A DNA stretch of 64,000 nt from an uncultured Pelagibacteraceae bacterium (GTDB lineage Bacteria > Pseudomonadota > Alphaproteobacteria > Pelagibacterales > Pelagibacteraceae). A program made the translations under genes and the position numbers. Under the pieces are notes generated by a model that saw nothing but the letters and a program-made list of their open reading frames with translations, was not told the DNA's origin and made no database searches. Numbering within the stretch: position 1 is the first letter of the stretch; each line of letters opens with the position of its first letter. The stretch lies in the NCBI GenBank assembly GCA_902562875.1, contig CACEVB010000002.1:16941-80940 (forward strand), in the 5' to 3' direction. This document shows positions 40,692 through 51,343 of the stretch, one piece after another.

Positions 40692-41841
40692 AATAATATC
40701 ATATAAAAATCCGGAGCTAGCTACTATCAAAGATAATAAAGCTTTATGGAATCTTCCTAGAACAAGAAGATTTGGTTACAGAAACCTTCACAAAATAAAT
40801 AGATACGGACTTTTTTTAAGGTCAGACTTGGTTTTAAAACTTAAAAAAAATTACAAAAAAGAAATTGGAGTAAAGCCACTTGTTAAAATATTAACAAAGA
40901 ACAAATCTTTCTGCTCTTTGATTGTCGGAAATGGTCAAAATATCTTATTTGAAAAGTATGCAAAAGATTTTTCGTACAATCAACCTCAAACAATAATGTC
41001 GATTACTAAAATGTTTGCAAATTTATTTGTAGGTGAGCTGTTAAAGAATAAGAAAATTAATTTAAATAAAAAAGTTTCACACTATCTTCCTAAAATTGGG
41101 AGCGGGTATGCAAATGCAAAAATTCAAGATGTTTTAAATATGAATATTGTAAATGCATATACAGAGGATTATACGAAAGCTTATTCCTCATCATTTATGC
41201 ATGAACCTGTTGGTGGTTGGAGGCTACCAAAATCTGGACAAATTAAACTAAGCCAAGAACAATATTTAAATACTATAAAAAATATTAAAAACAGAGACTT
41301 AAAAAATAATACTGAATTCGCACTTTATAAATCAGCAAATACAGATGTCATTGGATTATTAATTGAAAAAATTAGTGGAATACCTTTGAGAGATTGGATC
41401 TTAACAGTGGTGGAGTCAGCAGGATTTGAAGATGGTCTTTATATTGCCTCGGATAGATATGGAATGCCATGGTTATCAGGTGGCGGATGTTTAATCACAA
41501 GAGACTTTTTAAGAATGGGTCTTTTATTTGCAAGAAAAGGCAAAGGAGTTGGAACAAGACAAATTGGATCTGCAAAGTTTATAAATCAAACTGTTAAAAA
41601 CATTTGTCCAAAATATATGGAGCTATCAAAAAATAAATATTTATACTATTCCAATTCAACTATGACTTCAGGAAATGTCATTGGTCATTCTGGTTATGGT
41701 GGTCAGTATTTAGCAATCAATCTTAAAACAGGTAACGTAGCAGCCTTTTTTTCAGTCCTTGAAACCAAATCAGCTACTAAAGAAAGTTACAAAAAGGACA
41801 TGATTAATATGTTGATAGAAATAGTTGATAGTAAATATTAA
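40684..41841 (+). CDS. Serine hydrolase, beta-lactamase class C/NylB-like
   Basis: SxxK (SITK), YKSANT, HSGYGGQ. Confidence 0.85.
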   Translation: MAKIISYKNPELATIKDNKALWNLPRTRRFGYRNLHKINRYGLFLRSDLVLKLKKNYKKEIGVKPLVKILTKNKSFCSLIVGNGQNILFEKYAKDFSYNQPQTIMSITKMFANLFVGELLKNKKINLNKKVSHYLPKIGSGYANAKIQDVLNMNIVNAYTEDYTKAYSSSFMHEPVGGWRLPKSGQIKLSQEQYLNTIKNIKNRDLKNNTEFALYKSANTDVIGLLIEKISGIPLRDWILTVVESAGFEDGLYIASDRYGMPWLSGGGCLITRDFLRMGLLFARKGKGVGTRQIGSAKFINQTVKNICPKYMELSKNKYLYYSNSTMTSGNVIGHSGYGGQYLAINLKTGNVAAFFSVLETKSATKESYKKDMINMLIEIVDSKY

Positions 41842-42737
41842 GCAGCTTTATCGTCTTTGGGAGATAGAACAACTGCTAAAATACCACCTAAAATAATCAT
41901 TGAGCTTCCAACAATTTCTCTCCAGCCAAACGGTTCATCCGTCAAAATACTAGAACTTATTACTCCAACGACTATTTCGGTTAAAAATAATATTGAACAT
42001 AAGCCTGCACCCAATTTGCTAGGAGCCCACAAAATTACTATACCAGTTGGAATAAAATAAAAAATGGAAAGACAAATTAGAAATAACGACATTGAGATAA
42101 AAGCATCTACATTAGGCATAGGTCCTAAATATTCTGATAAAATAAATCCTGCAGCTATATTAAATAAAGCACCATAAAAGAAGAATGAAAAGATAATCGG
42201 AAATACACCATCTGTTTTAACTATTTCAAGTCTTATCATTCCACCCGCAAACATAGCGCCGCCAATTAATGCAATCCAATCTCCTGCATTTTCTGGTAAG
42301 GGTAGAATTGTATTCTTACTAAATACAATCCATAAACCTGCTAAAGCTAAAGCTAGCGTTACCGCTCTTTGCCAACCAGGTTTTTTTTTTAAAAATAATA
42401 TTTCGAAAATTGTTGTCCATATAGGTGTCATATAAAATAATATTAGTGCTCTTATTACATCAGTTAGAAGAAAACTAAGCGCGTAACATATAAAACCACC
42501 ACCAACTAAAAACCCTGTCACTGGAAGTTCAAAACCTGTGTCTTTTTTTTTTAAACCTCTCCATATTGCAATAGGTAGTAATAAAAGAACACCAATTATC
42601 ATTTGAGCTATTGTTCCCCATCCACCTGTTAAACCTCCAGCTTCCAAATATCTCTGAGGTAACCAGTAAATTCCCCAAGCACCCGCTGATACAGCCAGAG
42701 CTAGTGCAATTTTAAAATGATGTTTGTGTCTTTTCAT
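41838..42737 (-). CDS. DMT/EamA transporter
   Basis: Approximately 10 TM helices, LFYMTPIW. Confidence 0.88.
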   Translation of the reverse strand: MKRHKHHFKIALALAVSAGAWGIYWLPQRYLEAGGLTGGWGTIAQMIIGVLLLLPIAIWRGLKKKDTGFELPVTGFLVGGGFICYALSFLLTDVIRALILFYMTPIWTTIFEILFLKKKPGWQRAVTLALALAGLWIVFSKNTILPLPENAGDWIALIGGAMFAGGMIRLEIVKTDGVFPIIFSFFFYGALFNIAAGFILSEYLGPMPNVDAFISMSLFLICLSIFYFIPTGIVILWAPSKLGAGLCSILFLTEIVVGVISSSILTDEPFGWREIVGSSMIILGGILAVVLSPKDDKAA

Positions 42738-44134
42738 TATTTAAATTTGGCCTTTATATTAGAGTATTTATAAATTTTCTCATACGTTTTTGCAAAAGAT
42801 ATAAGTTTTATATCATCCCCCTTTTTAGCTATAATCTGCAAACCCATTGGGTTACCATTTTCGTTAAATCCAATTGGGACTGTTAAAGTTGGTAAATCCA
42901 ACAAACTTGAAATAATAAATACCTCCAACCATCTATGGTAGGTATCAAGTTCTTGATCATTTATTTTTTTTGGATATTGAATATTTTTATTAAATGGAAA
43001 AACTTGAGATGAAGGAAGTATTATAAAGTCAAATTTTTTGAATATTTCCTCTATCTGAGTAAGAGTTTTGTTTTTTTTATCAAATGCAATTTTGATATCA
43101 TCATCATTAATTTTAGATCCTTTATTATATTCCCAAACTGCTTGTTCGGTCATATCATTAATGTTTTGAATTTGCATATTTTTTGTATCGTTAAAAATTC
43201 CTTTAGCTCGAAAACAAGTCCAGCTATCCCAAATATCAGATGTTTTTAATTTAGAGTTTATAGACTCAACTTTCACATGATCTTTAATTTTATTAAGTTT
43301 ATTCTTACACATTTCAATTATACCTTTTTCAAAATGGTATTTTTCAATTACATCTTCTAACAAAACTAATTTAATGTTTGAGAATTCTTTATCTGTTAAA
43401 TTGCTAAATTCAAATTTATTTTCTAAATCAAATGAAAGTGGATCGTTATTATTTGATCCTACAATTGAATCTAAAAGCAATGACATGTCTTCTGGTGTTT
43501 TTGCAAAACACCCTGGTGTAGTTAAAACTGGAATTTTTGGATCCTGAAAAGATCTGTCAGAGGCTATTAGTCCAGTCGTTGGCCTAAATCCATATATGTT
43601 AGCAAAAGCTGCAGGTGCTCGACAAGACCCCATTTGATCTGTTCCGTCTGCAAAAGGCAGCATTCCTGATGCAACAGCAGTACTTGCTCCGCCACTAGAT
43701 CCGGCTGCACATTTCGAAATATCGTAAACATTTGAAGTAGGACCGAATAATCTATTAATCGTCTGCCCACCTACTCCAAGTTCTGCAGTATTGGTTTTTC
43801 CAATAATTGTTATCCCTGCTTCTAATAATTTATCTACAAATAAAGAATTTTTTTTAGGATTATAATTTTTTGTACCAGGATACCCATAAGTTGTCGGAAA
43901 GCCAACTACATCGGATAGATCTTTTATTGCTATGGGCAAACCACAGAATTTCGTATTATTTTTTTTTTTTGCCTCCTCAAAAATTTCATTTTTATTTTTG
44001 ATTGAAATAATTGAATTTAATTTAGGATTTAATTTTTCTATAATATTTAAATAATATTCAATCACCTCTTTAATGGATAAATCTTTAGATTTTATATGAT
44101 TAATGATCTCTGAAACTGTTTTTGTCTCTAGCAT
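42737..44134 (-). CDS. Amidase (amidase-signature family)
   Basis: IKDL, GKTNT, GSSGG, GTDQMGSCR. Confidence 0.92.
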   Translation of the reverse strand: MLETKTVSEIINHIKSKDLSIKEVIEYYLNIIEKLNPKLNSIISIKNKNEIFEEAKKKNNTKFCGLPIAIKDLSDVVGFPTTYGYPGTKNYNPKKNSLFVDKLLEAGITIIGKTNTAELGVGGQTINRLFGPTSNVYDISKCAAGSSGGASTAVASGMLPFADGTDQMGSCRAPAAFANIYGFRPTTGLIASDRSFQDPKIPVLTTPGCFAKTPEDMSLLLDSIVGSNNNDPLSFDLENKFEFSNLTDKEFSNIKLVLLEDVIEKYHFEKGIIEMCKNKLNKIKDHVKVESINSKLKTSDIWDSWTCFRAKGIFNDTKNMQIQNINDMTEQAVWEYNKGSKINDDDIKIAFDKKNKTLTQIEEIFKKFDFIILPSSQVFPFNKNIQYPKKINDQELDTYHRWLEVFIISSLLDLPTLTVPIGFNENGNPMGLQIIAKKGDDIKLISFAKTYEKIYKYSNIKAKFK

Positions 44135-44140
44135 TTAATG

Positions 44141-45334
44141 CTATCTAGCTTTTTTAATACTCTTTAAAGTTAATTCTTTAACTTCGTCTAGTGTAGCTTT
44201 CTTGGGATTTTGACCATAAGCTTGATCTAACATAGATTTTTTCGCTATCCTCTCATAACAATCTTCAGGTACGCCAATTTCATTTAATCCATTTGGTATT
44301 TTTAATCTATCTAACATTTGATTTAAATTATTTTTGAAACTATCAACCGAATGATCTGTGAATTGCATTGCTTCAGACATTCGTTTAACTTTTTCTTCCA
44401 AGCCAGGTAAATTATATTCCATTACTGCTGGAAGAATAATTGCATTTGTTAAACCGTGGTGTGTATTATATTCGGCTCCAACCATATGTGATATTGCATG
44501 AACAAGTCCAAGACCTTTTAAAAATGCAACTCCTCCTAAATAAGATCCAACAATCATGCCTCCTCTAGCTACTAGGTTGTCTGGCTCCTCAACTGCAAGA
44601 TATAAAGACTTAGAAATTAAATTTAAACTTTCTAAAGCAGAGCCATCACATAATGGATGAAATAATGGAACACTGTACCCTTCAATAGCATGTATCATCG
44701 CATCAATACCTGTCCACGCAGTTAAATTTGCTGGTAATTTTATAGTTAGTTCTGGATCAACTAAAGCAAGACAAGGTCTAGCTTCGGGGTGCCACAAACA
44801 AAATTTCATTCCTTTTTTTGTATCAGTAACCATTGCAGTAATCTCTGTTTCTGCTCCAGTTCCAGCAGTTGTTGGTATTGTAATTAATTTTGGAAAAGGA
44901 TTTGTACCTTTGAGATCCCTTGGTACTTTGTCTAAAAACTCAAAGTCCCATAGTGGAATTCCGCTGTTGACTGTTAAGGAAATTGCTTTACCACCATCCA
45001 TGGCACTACCTCCACCTATTGCTATAATTGCATCGTGATTACCTTCCTTAAAAACTTTGCAGCCACCATCAATTTCATGATCTCTAGGATTAGGCGATAT
45101 ATTTGAGTAAATATTAGATTTTATTTTTGCATCTGAAAGTAAATTTTGCAGGTCATTTATAAAAGGTAATTTTGTACTTCCACTGTCTATTACAATTAAT
45201 GGATTAGTAATTTTAAAATTTTTACAAAACTTTCCAATTTCTTTAAATCTTCCAGGCCCGTAGGCTGTGAATGTGGGAAATGTCCAATCTTGATTACTTA
45301 ACAAATCTTGTTCGTTTAATTTAAAATTTTGCAT
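44141..45334 (-). CDS. Iron-containing alcohol dehydrogenase
   Basis: GGGSAMD, PTTAGTG, DAMIHAIE, HAISH, HHG. Confidence 0.93.
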   Translation of the reverse strand: MQNFKLNEQDLLSNQDWTFPTFTAYGPGRFKEIGKFCKNFKITNPLIVIDSGSTKLPFINDLQNLLSDAKIKSNIYSNISPNPRDHEIDGGCKVFKEGNHDAIIAIGGGSAMDGGKAISLTVNSGIPLWDFEFLDKVPRDLKGTNPFPKLITIPTTAGTGAETEITAMVTDTKKGMKFCLWHPEARPCLALVDPELTIKLPANLTAWTGIDAMIHAIEGYSVPLFHPLCDGSALESLNLISKSLYLAVEEPDNLVARGGMIVGSYLGGVAFLKGLGLVHAISHMVGAEYNTHHGLTNAIILPAVMEYNLPGLEEKVKRMSEAMQFTDHSVDSFKNNLNQMLDRLKIPNGLNEIGVPEDCYERIAKKSMLDQAYGQNPKKATLDEVKELTLKSIKKAR

Positions 45335-45372
45335 ATTTAATTAAAAATCTATACTAAAATAACATATTATAC

Positions 45373-46305
45373 ATGAAAATTATTTCAGAAAAGACAGATT
45401 TAAAAAAAACATTTCTTGCAATCTTTACAATGTTACTTGGGGTTGTGTGCGTTGACCTATATCTTGTTGTTATAAGACTTATCGGTAATGATTATTCAGT
45501 ATTTAAATTAGCTGTGTTTAGAAATTTTTTTGCAATCATTCCACTATTAATATTACTGCTATTTACTCAAGAGTACTCATCTCTTTTTAAAAAAGTTAGT
45601 AATAAATTTATAGTTCTTAGTTGTTTAAGAGGATTAAGTTTTCTCGCTATGAATTTGTTTATTTTTATCTCAGTTATTAATGTTGAATTTGCAACTGCCA
45701 TGACTTTAACATTTTCATCTCCTTTTTTTATAGTGATTTTGTCAATTTTCTTCTTAAATGATAAAGTTGGTATTTATAGATGGTCTGCAATTATAGTCGG
45801 CTTTATTGGTGTTGTCTTAATACTAAAACCAAATAGTGATATTTTCAATTTTTATTCAATATTCTCAATATTTACTGCTGTCGCCTGGGCTTTCTCAGTT
45901 ATAATTTTAAAGTTTATTCCAAAAGGTTACTCAACTTCAAAAATTCAATTTTATACATTACTGTTTAATGTAATTGGCGCTCTAATATTGTTTATTATTT
46001 TATCAAGTGATTTTAATATAAATAGTACAAGAGACCTAATGCTTATGATATTAACAGGTATTCTTGGAGGATCAGCAGCAATTCTATTTGTTTATGCTTA
46101 CAGACTTATATCAGTAAGTAAGTTAGCATCATTTGAATATTTTGGTATTCCCTCATCATTTTTATTAGGGTGGTTATTTTTTAATGAAGCTCCATGGTCT
46201 CAGCTATTTCCTGGTGTATTATTGATAGTATCAGCAGGATTTATTATTATTTGGAGAGATGCTCAAAAAAATAAACCGTTTAAAGGTAATAAAAAATTTT
46301 ATTAA
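45373..46305 (+). CDS. DMT/EamA transporter
   Basis: FSSPFF, RWSAIIVGFIGV, FEYF. Confidence 0.88.
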   Translation: MKIISEKTDLKKTFLAIFTMLLGVVCVDLYLVVIRLIGNDYSVFKLAVFRNFFAIIPLLILLLFTQEYSSLFKKVSNKFIVLSCLRGLSFLAMNLFIFISVINVEFATAMTLTFSSPFFIVILSIFFLNDKVGIYRWSAIIVGFIGVVLILKPNSDIFNFYSIFSIFTAVAWAFSVIILKFIPKGYSTSKIQFYTLLFNVIGALILFIILSSDFNINSTRDLMLMILTGILGGSAAILFVYAYRLISVSKLASFEYFGIPSSFLLGWLFFNEAPWSQLFPGVLLIVSAGFIIIWRDAQKNKPFKGNKKFY

Positions 46306-46306
46306 T

Positions 46307-47353
46307 TTAAGACTTAGATTTCATTGATTTCATAACAATGGACCTATCTATTTCACCTAATAGATCACCAGTTTCATTACATACAACTGGATAACTTTTG
46401 TCCGAGTCTACTAATTTATCGATCAAAGTTTCAATTTTTAAATTATCCATTATACAATCCGTTTTTTTTGAAAATAAATTTTTTGTTTCATCGCAACAAT
46501 CTGTTCTCATTACTTTTCCAGCACTTAAAACTTTATATTTAGGTACATCCTCACAAAAATCTTTAACGTATTGATCTTTTGGATTTGCCACTATTTCTTC
46601 AGGAGTTCCCACTTGAGACACTTCTCCATCTTTCATAATTGCAATGTGATCCCCCATTTTAATTGCCTCTAAAAAATCGTGAGTAATAAAAACCATAGTT
46701 TTTTGTAACTTCTCTTGGATTTTTAATAATTCATCCTGCATTTCTCTTCTGATCAATGGATCTAAAGCAGAAAATGGCTCGTCGAAAATTAAAATTTCAG
46801 GATCAACAGCTAGAGCTCTTGCCAACCCTACTCTTTGCTGCATACCTCCTGACAATTCTCTTGGATAATTTTTGTGCCAACCCTCTAAACCAACCATTTT
46901 TAAGACCTCCATTGATTTATCAATTCTATCTTGTTTTTTGTTACCTCTAATTTCTAAACCATATCCAATATTTTCAAGGACTGTCCTATGTGGAAATAAA
47001 CCAAAATGTTGGAATACCATGCTCATTTTATTTCGTCTTAGATCAAGCAATTGACTGCTACTCATCTTTGTGACCTCAACATCATCCATCTTTACCGTGC
47101 CTGTTGTAGGCTCTATTAACCTAGAAATACATCTAACTAACGTAGACTTGCCGCTACCTGACAGACCCATTACTACAAATGTTTCACCTTTTTGAATTGA
47201 AAAACTTACATCCTTAACCGCAACTACATGGCCAGTTTTTTCCTGAACCTCTTTAATCGTTAAACTTTTGTCTAAATCCTTTATGATTCTCTTTTCATCT
47301 GGCCCAAATAACTTCCATATATTTGAGCATGTTATTTTTTGTTCACTGGGCAT
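46307..47353 (-). CDS. Betaine/choline/carnitine-type ABC transporter ATPase (ProV/OpuAA-like) #1
   Basis: GLSGSGKST, LSGGMQQRVGLARAL, DEPFSALDPLIRREMQ. Confidence 0.93.
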   Translation of the reverse strand: MPSEQKITCSNIWKLFGPDEKRIIKDLDKSLTIKEVQEKTGHVVAVKDVSFSIQKGETFVVMGLSGSGKSTLVRCISRLIEPTTGTVKMDDVEVTKMSSSQLLDLRRNKMSMVFQHFGLFPHRTVLENIGYGLEIRGNKKQDRIDKSMEVLKMVGLEGWHKNYPRELSGGMQQRVGLARALAVDPEILIFDEPFSALDPLIRREMQDELLKIQEKLQKTMVFITHDFLEAIKMGDHIAIMKDGEVSQVGTPEEIVANPKDQYVKDFCEDVPKYKVLSAGKVMRTDCCDETKNLFSKKTDCIMDNLKIETLIDKLVDSDKSYPVVCNETGDLLGEIDRSIVMKSMKSKS

Positions 47354-47427
47354 GCTAAATTTATATGAATAAAATAGACAATATTTTTCTTTAAATGTAA
47401 AACAGTTTGTTTTAATTTAATGTAATA

Positions 47428-49536
47428 ATGTCAGCAGAAATATTAGATAAATCTAAAACTAATAAGAATATTATTAAATATATTGCAGTTTTACTGATAT
47501 TTTTGGGAGCACTAGTATTATCCATTCAAAGTGAAGGACAGTCTAAATTTCCGAAATCTGTTACAGATGAGTTTACGTTTACTGCATGGGTTAATGATGG
47601 AGAAGATTACTTAAAAAAAAATTATAGATGGATAACTAAGATCATAGCAGGTTATATTAAATCTGGTTATTACTTTTTAGAAGATTTTTTAATAGAGTCT
47701 CCTTGGTTACTTATTGCATCAATTTTATTTTTACCCTGCCTAATTGCCGGCGGTTTAAGATTAGGTTTATACTCTTTGTTTGTTATTTATTTCTGGGGAG
47801 GAGTAGGCATGTGGGACGAGTCCTTACAGACTCTAGCATTAATGGGTCTTTCGGTTGTACTTTGCGTTTTCTTTGGTGTTTTACTAGGTGTTCTCTGTTC
47901 ACAAAGTGATAGGTTTGAAAATTTTATGAAGCCTATTTTAGATACAATGCAGGTGATGCCAGCATTTGTATATCTTTTTCCTGCGCTATTTTTTTTTGGG
48001 ATTGGAGGAGCACCAGCAATTTTAGCAACAATGATCTATGCAATGCCACCTGTCATTAGATTAACTAACGCTGGTATTAGACAAGTTTCTGAACAGATTA
48101 TTGAGTCTGCAACTTCATTTGGTTCAAGTAAATTGCAGTTGCTATTTAAAATTAAAATTCCTCTATCATTACCAAGTATAATGATGGGAATTAATCAAGT
48201 TATAATGATGGCTTTGGCCCTTGTAGTTTTAGCCTGTTTTATAGGGGCTGAAGGAATTGGTGGACAGGTATGGTTGGCTATTAGAAATTTAGATGTTGGT
48301 TGGGCTATGGAAGGTGGTTTGTGTATTTTGTTTATGGCGATTATGTTTGATAGATTTAGTATGTCTTTTAGCAAAGAGGAAGAAAGACTACCTTTAGATG
48401 TTCAAAAATTTTATCTTTTACCACAAAATTGGGAAAAATTTCAAATTGCCAGAATTTTTGAAAAACCTTTAAGTTATTCACACGCAATAATAAATTTAGT
48501 TTGTAAGAAAATTACAAATTTAATTTCATATGTAGCAGAATTTATTACTTCTTTGTTTAACAAGCCTTTAGGAAGAGATATTGGAGAATTTGTTGGTAAT
48601 AGATACTATATTATTCCCTCATTTATTGTTTTTTTTATTATTAGTTTTATAGACTCAAATATTTTCAGCATCGGAACATTTCCAGAAGAATGGAAACTCT
48701 CAATAAGACAACCAATTGCTGACACTGTAAAATCACTTACAGTAAATCCTGGATTTATTGCATTTACAAAAGGTTTAAGAGCATTCGTTTATCTAAATCT
48801 TTTAAATCCTCTTGATACTTTTTTAACACATACACCATGGTGGTACACAACCGCAGTATTTGCATTAATTGGATATTTTACAGTGGGATTAAGATTTGCT
48901 TTTATAACTGTATTACTTCTCCTTTTTATAGGCGCTTGCGGAATTTGGCCTCAATCAATGATAACACTATCTTCTGTTTTAGTTTCGGTTGCTTTATGTT
49001 TTGCCATAGGAGTGCCATTAGGAATTATTGCATCATATAATCCAAGATTTAAAAATATCCAAAATGTTGTACTAGATGCGATGCAAACTCTTCCTTACTT
49101 TTGTTATCTAATACCAGTTTTAATGTTTTTTGGAGGTGGAATAGTTTCAGCAGTTCTTGCAACTGTGATTTATTCTATTCCTCCTATAATTAGATTAACA
49201 TCTCTTGGTTTAACGCAGGTATCTGGTACGTTTTCAGAAGTTTCAAGATCATTTGGTGGAACTACTTTACAAACTTTAAATAAAGTAAAATTTCCCTTAG
49301 CAGTTCCGAGTTTAGTTATAGGATTTAATCAAACAGTTATTATGGCTTTTGCGATGCAAATTGTTACACCTTTGATTGGCGGAAAGGGTCTTGGATTAGA
49401 AGTATTTAACGGACTTGCACGATCAGATACTGGAAGAGGATTGGCTGCTGGTATAGGAATTGTGCTTATGGCAATTATCATTGACAGAATTTCATTAGCT
49501 TGGACTAAGAAACAAAGAGAGGCTTTAGGTCTATAA
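47428..49536 (+). CDS. Betaine-type ABC permease with two fused ProW-like domains
   Basis: Two copies of LD.MQ..P.F.YL.P / PP.IRLT..G / GxNQ motifs. Confidence 0.92.
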   Translation: MSAEILDKSKTNKNIIKYIAVLLIFLGALVLSIQSEGQSKFPKSVTDEFTFTAWVNDGEDYLKKNYRWITKIIAGYIKSGYYFLEDFLIESPWLLIASILFLPCLIAGGLRLGLYSLFVIYFWGGVGMWDESLQTLALMGLSVVLCVFFGVLLGVLCSQSDRFENFMKPILDTMQVMPAFVYLFPALFFFGIGGAPAILATMIYAMPPVIRLTNAGIRQVSEQIIESATSFGSSKLQLLFKIKIPLSLPSIMMGINQVIMMALALVVLACFIGAEGIGGQVWLAIRNLDVGWAMEGGLCILFMAIMFDRFSMSFSKEEERLPLDVQKFYLLPQNWEKFQIARIFEKPLSYSHAIINLVCKKITNLISYVAEFITSLFNKPLGRDIGEFVGNRYYIIPSFIVFFIISFIDSNIFSIGTFPEEWKLSIRQPIADTVKSLTVNPGFIAFTKGLRAFVYLNLLNPLDTFLTHTPWWYTTAVFALIGYFTVGLRFAFITVLLLLFIGACGIWPQSMITLSSVLVSVALCFAIGVPLGIIASYNPRFKNIQNVVLDAMQTLPYFCYLIPVLMFFGGGIVSAVLATVIYSIPPIIRLTSLGLTQVSGTFSEVSRSFGGTTLQTLNKVKFPLAVPSLVIGFNQTVIMAFAMQIVTPLIGGKGLGLEVFNGLARSDTGRGLAAGIGIVLMAIIIDRISLAWTKKQREALGL

Positions 49537-49637
49537 GCCTTATAAAATAACGTATAATAACGTTACATTTAAAAACTTTACATCATGTGTTATTTTGATT
49601 TAAAATAACTTATTAATTAATTAAGGGGAAAATAATA

Positions 49638-50642
49638 ATGAATATATCTAAAAAATTATCAGCAATGATACTTTCTTTAGTCCTTGTTATTTCTAGTTTT
49701 GGAACTGCAAATGCTGCTAAAAGATTAACAGCTGCAGTAGCAGACTGGACAGGAGGAGAGATAACGTGTCAAGTTGCTGTTAGTGTCCTAGAAGATGAAT
49801 TAGGATACAAAATAAAAAGAGTAGTATTCCCATCAGGAACTGGACTTTGGGAAGCTATCGCAGCTGGTGAAATAGACTTTGCATGCGAAAGTTGGCCAAG
49901 TTATGCGGAGGCTGACACTGTAATGATGAAAGGTCCGCTAATTTATGATGGTAAGACAATGTTTAATTATGAAGGTGATGGAAGTGTAAAACTTCTTGGA
50001 ACAACTGGTATAATTGGTTTGTCTGACTATTTTATTCCAAAATATGCTGCAGATAAATTTGGCATCAAAACTTGGAAAGATTTAAACAAACACAAAGATA
50101 AGTTTGCAACAATTGAGTCAGGGAAAAGAGGTAGACTAATTGGATGTCCTGTAGCTGGTTGGAACTGTCATGACCAAAAAAGATTAGATCTTTTAGGAAT
50201 TGACTTTCAAGCAGATGAGTTAGGAACAGAGGCTGCTGCCATTGCAGAGGCTGTTGCAGCATATGAGAGAAAAGAGCCATTCTTATTATATCTATGGCAA
50301 CCTCATTGGTTCTTTGGTGCTTATGACATGGTAGGTGTAGGACTTCCAGAACACAAAACTTGTGACTCTTTTACAGAAGCGAATAACTGGAAAGATTGTG
50401 GTACTGCAGCATGGCCGGCAACTGGTTGGGCTAAGGACTATACAATGAACTACGGTAATCCTGCAACATTTGCTAAAGCTGAACATGCTGATGCAGCAAA
50501 ATTTTTCACAAAAATGAAATTCGATAACGCTGATCAAGCTGTAATGTTAGTTGAAGTTAAACAAAAAAACAGAGATCTAAAAGAAGTTGTAGCAGAGTGG
50601 AAGAAAAACAATCCAAATAAATGGAAAAGTTGGCTTCCATAA
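49638..50642 (+). CDS. Quaternary-amine ABC substrate-binding protein (ProX/OpuAC family)
   Basis: Signal peptide, DWTG, ESWP, GCPVAGWNC, YLWQPHW aromatic-cage residues. Confidence 0.88.
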   Translation: MNISKKLSAMILSLVLVISSFGTANAAKRLTAAVADWTGGEITCQVAVSVLEDELGYKIKRVVFPSGTGLWEAIAAGEIDFACESWPSYAEADTVMMKGPLIYDGKTMFNYEGDGSVKLLGTTGIIGLSDYFIPKYAADKFGIKTWKDLNKHKDKFATIESGKRGRLIGCPVAGWNCHDQKRLDLLGIDFQADELGTEAAAIAEAVAAYERKEPFLLYLWQPHWFFGAYDMVGVGLPEHKTCDSFTEANNWKDCGTAAWPATGWAKDYTMNYGNPATFAKAEHADAAKFFTKMKFDNADQAVMLVEVKQKNRDLKEVVAEWKKNNPNKWKSWLP

Positions 50643-50664
50643 TTTTATAACTTTATAAAATATT

Positions 50665-50696
50665 AAAGGGCCTTGTTTACAAGGCCCTTTTTTTTT
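50665..50696 (+). terminator. Rho-independent terminator after the SBP gene
   Basis: AAAGGGCCTTG-ttta-CAAGGCCCTTT with a 9-nt T run. Confidence 0.92.
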
Positions 50697-50698
50697 GC

Positions 50699-51343
50699 AT
50701 GAATATAATTCACCGAGGAATAGCTCATAAAAAACTTAAAGAAAATTGCTTAAAATCGTTTAAAGCAACATTTGATAAAAAGTACGGTGTTGAAACAGAT
50801 ATTCATTTTACTAAAGATAATCAAATAATATGTTTTCACGATTTTACATTAAATAGATTATTTAAGATAAACAAAAGTATTAAAAACCTTAATTACCATG
50901 AGATTAAAAATAAAACGAAATCTAAAATTTTAGTACCATTATTAAAAAATGTATTAAAGCTTTCTAAAAAAAAATATTTAATTTTTATAGAGATTAAACC
51001 TATGCTAAACTTGAAGAAAATTAAAATATTATTGAATGAAGTTAAAAACTACAAAAATTGTATAATTATATCTTTCAAACACGTAAACTTATTTAAAATT
51101 CGTAAAATTAACAAAAAAGTAAAAATTGGTTTTTCATTCTCAAAGAGCTCCAAAATTTCAGATATTATAAAAATATCTTCTAATAAAAATTATGATTTAC
51201 TAATTTTAGATAAATTCTTCATAAATAATAAATCCATACAAAAAGTTAAAAAAAACAAATATTTCTATACCATTAAGAAAAAAAAAGAATTTTTGAAATA
51301 TAATAGGAATTATAATCTTATATTTGAAAATTTATCACCTTAA
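50699..51343 (+). CDS. Glycerophosphodiester phosphodiesterase
   Basis: HRG, EN, ETDIHFTKD, HD, IEIK motifs; no signal peptide. Confidence 0.85.
   Translation: MNIIHRGIAHKKLKENCLKSFKATFDKKYGVETDIHFTKDNQIICFHDFTLNRLFKINKSIKNLNYHEIKNKTKSKILVPLLKNVLKLSKKKYLIFIEIKPMLNLKKIKILLNEVKNYKNCIIISFKHVNLFKIRKINKKVKIGFSFSKSSKISDIIKISSNKNYDLLILDKFFINNKSIQKVKKNKYFYTIKKKKEFLKYNRNYNLIFENLSP

Noticed and set aside
40684-44134. NylB-like hydrolase plus NylA-like amidase as a nylon-oligomer degradation system
   Set aside because: Only family-level similarity; both families are broad and nothing specific supports xenobiotic substrates.
47390-49590. Shared TTTAAATGTAA / TTACATTTAAA words upstream of the permease and the SBP as an operator
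   Set aside because: Low-complexity AT words are expected by chance here, and repeat spacing is inconsistent.
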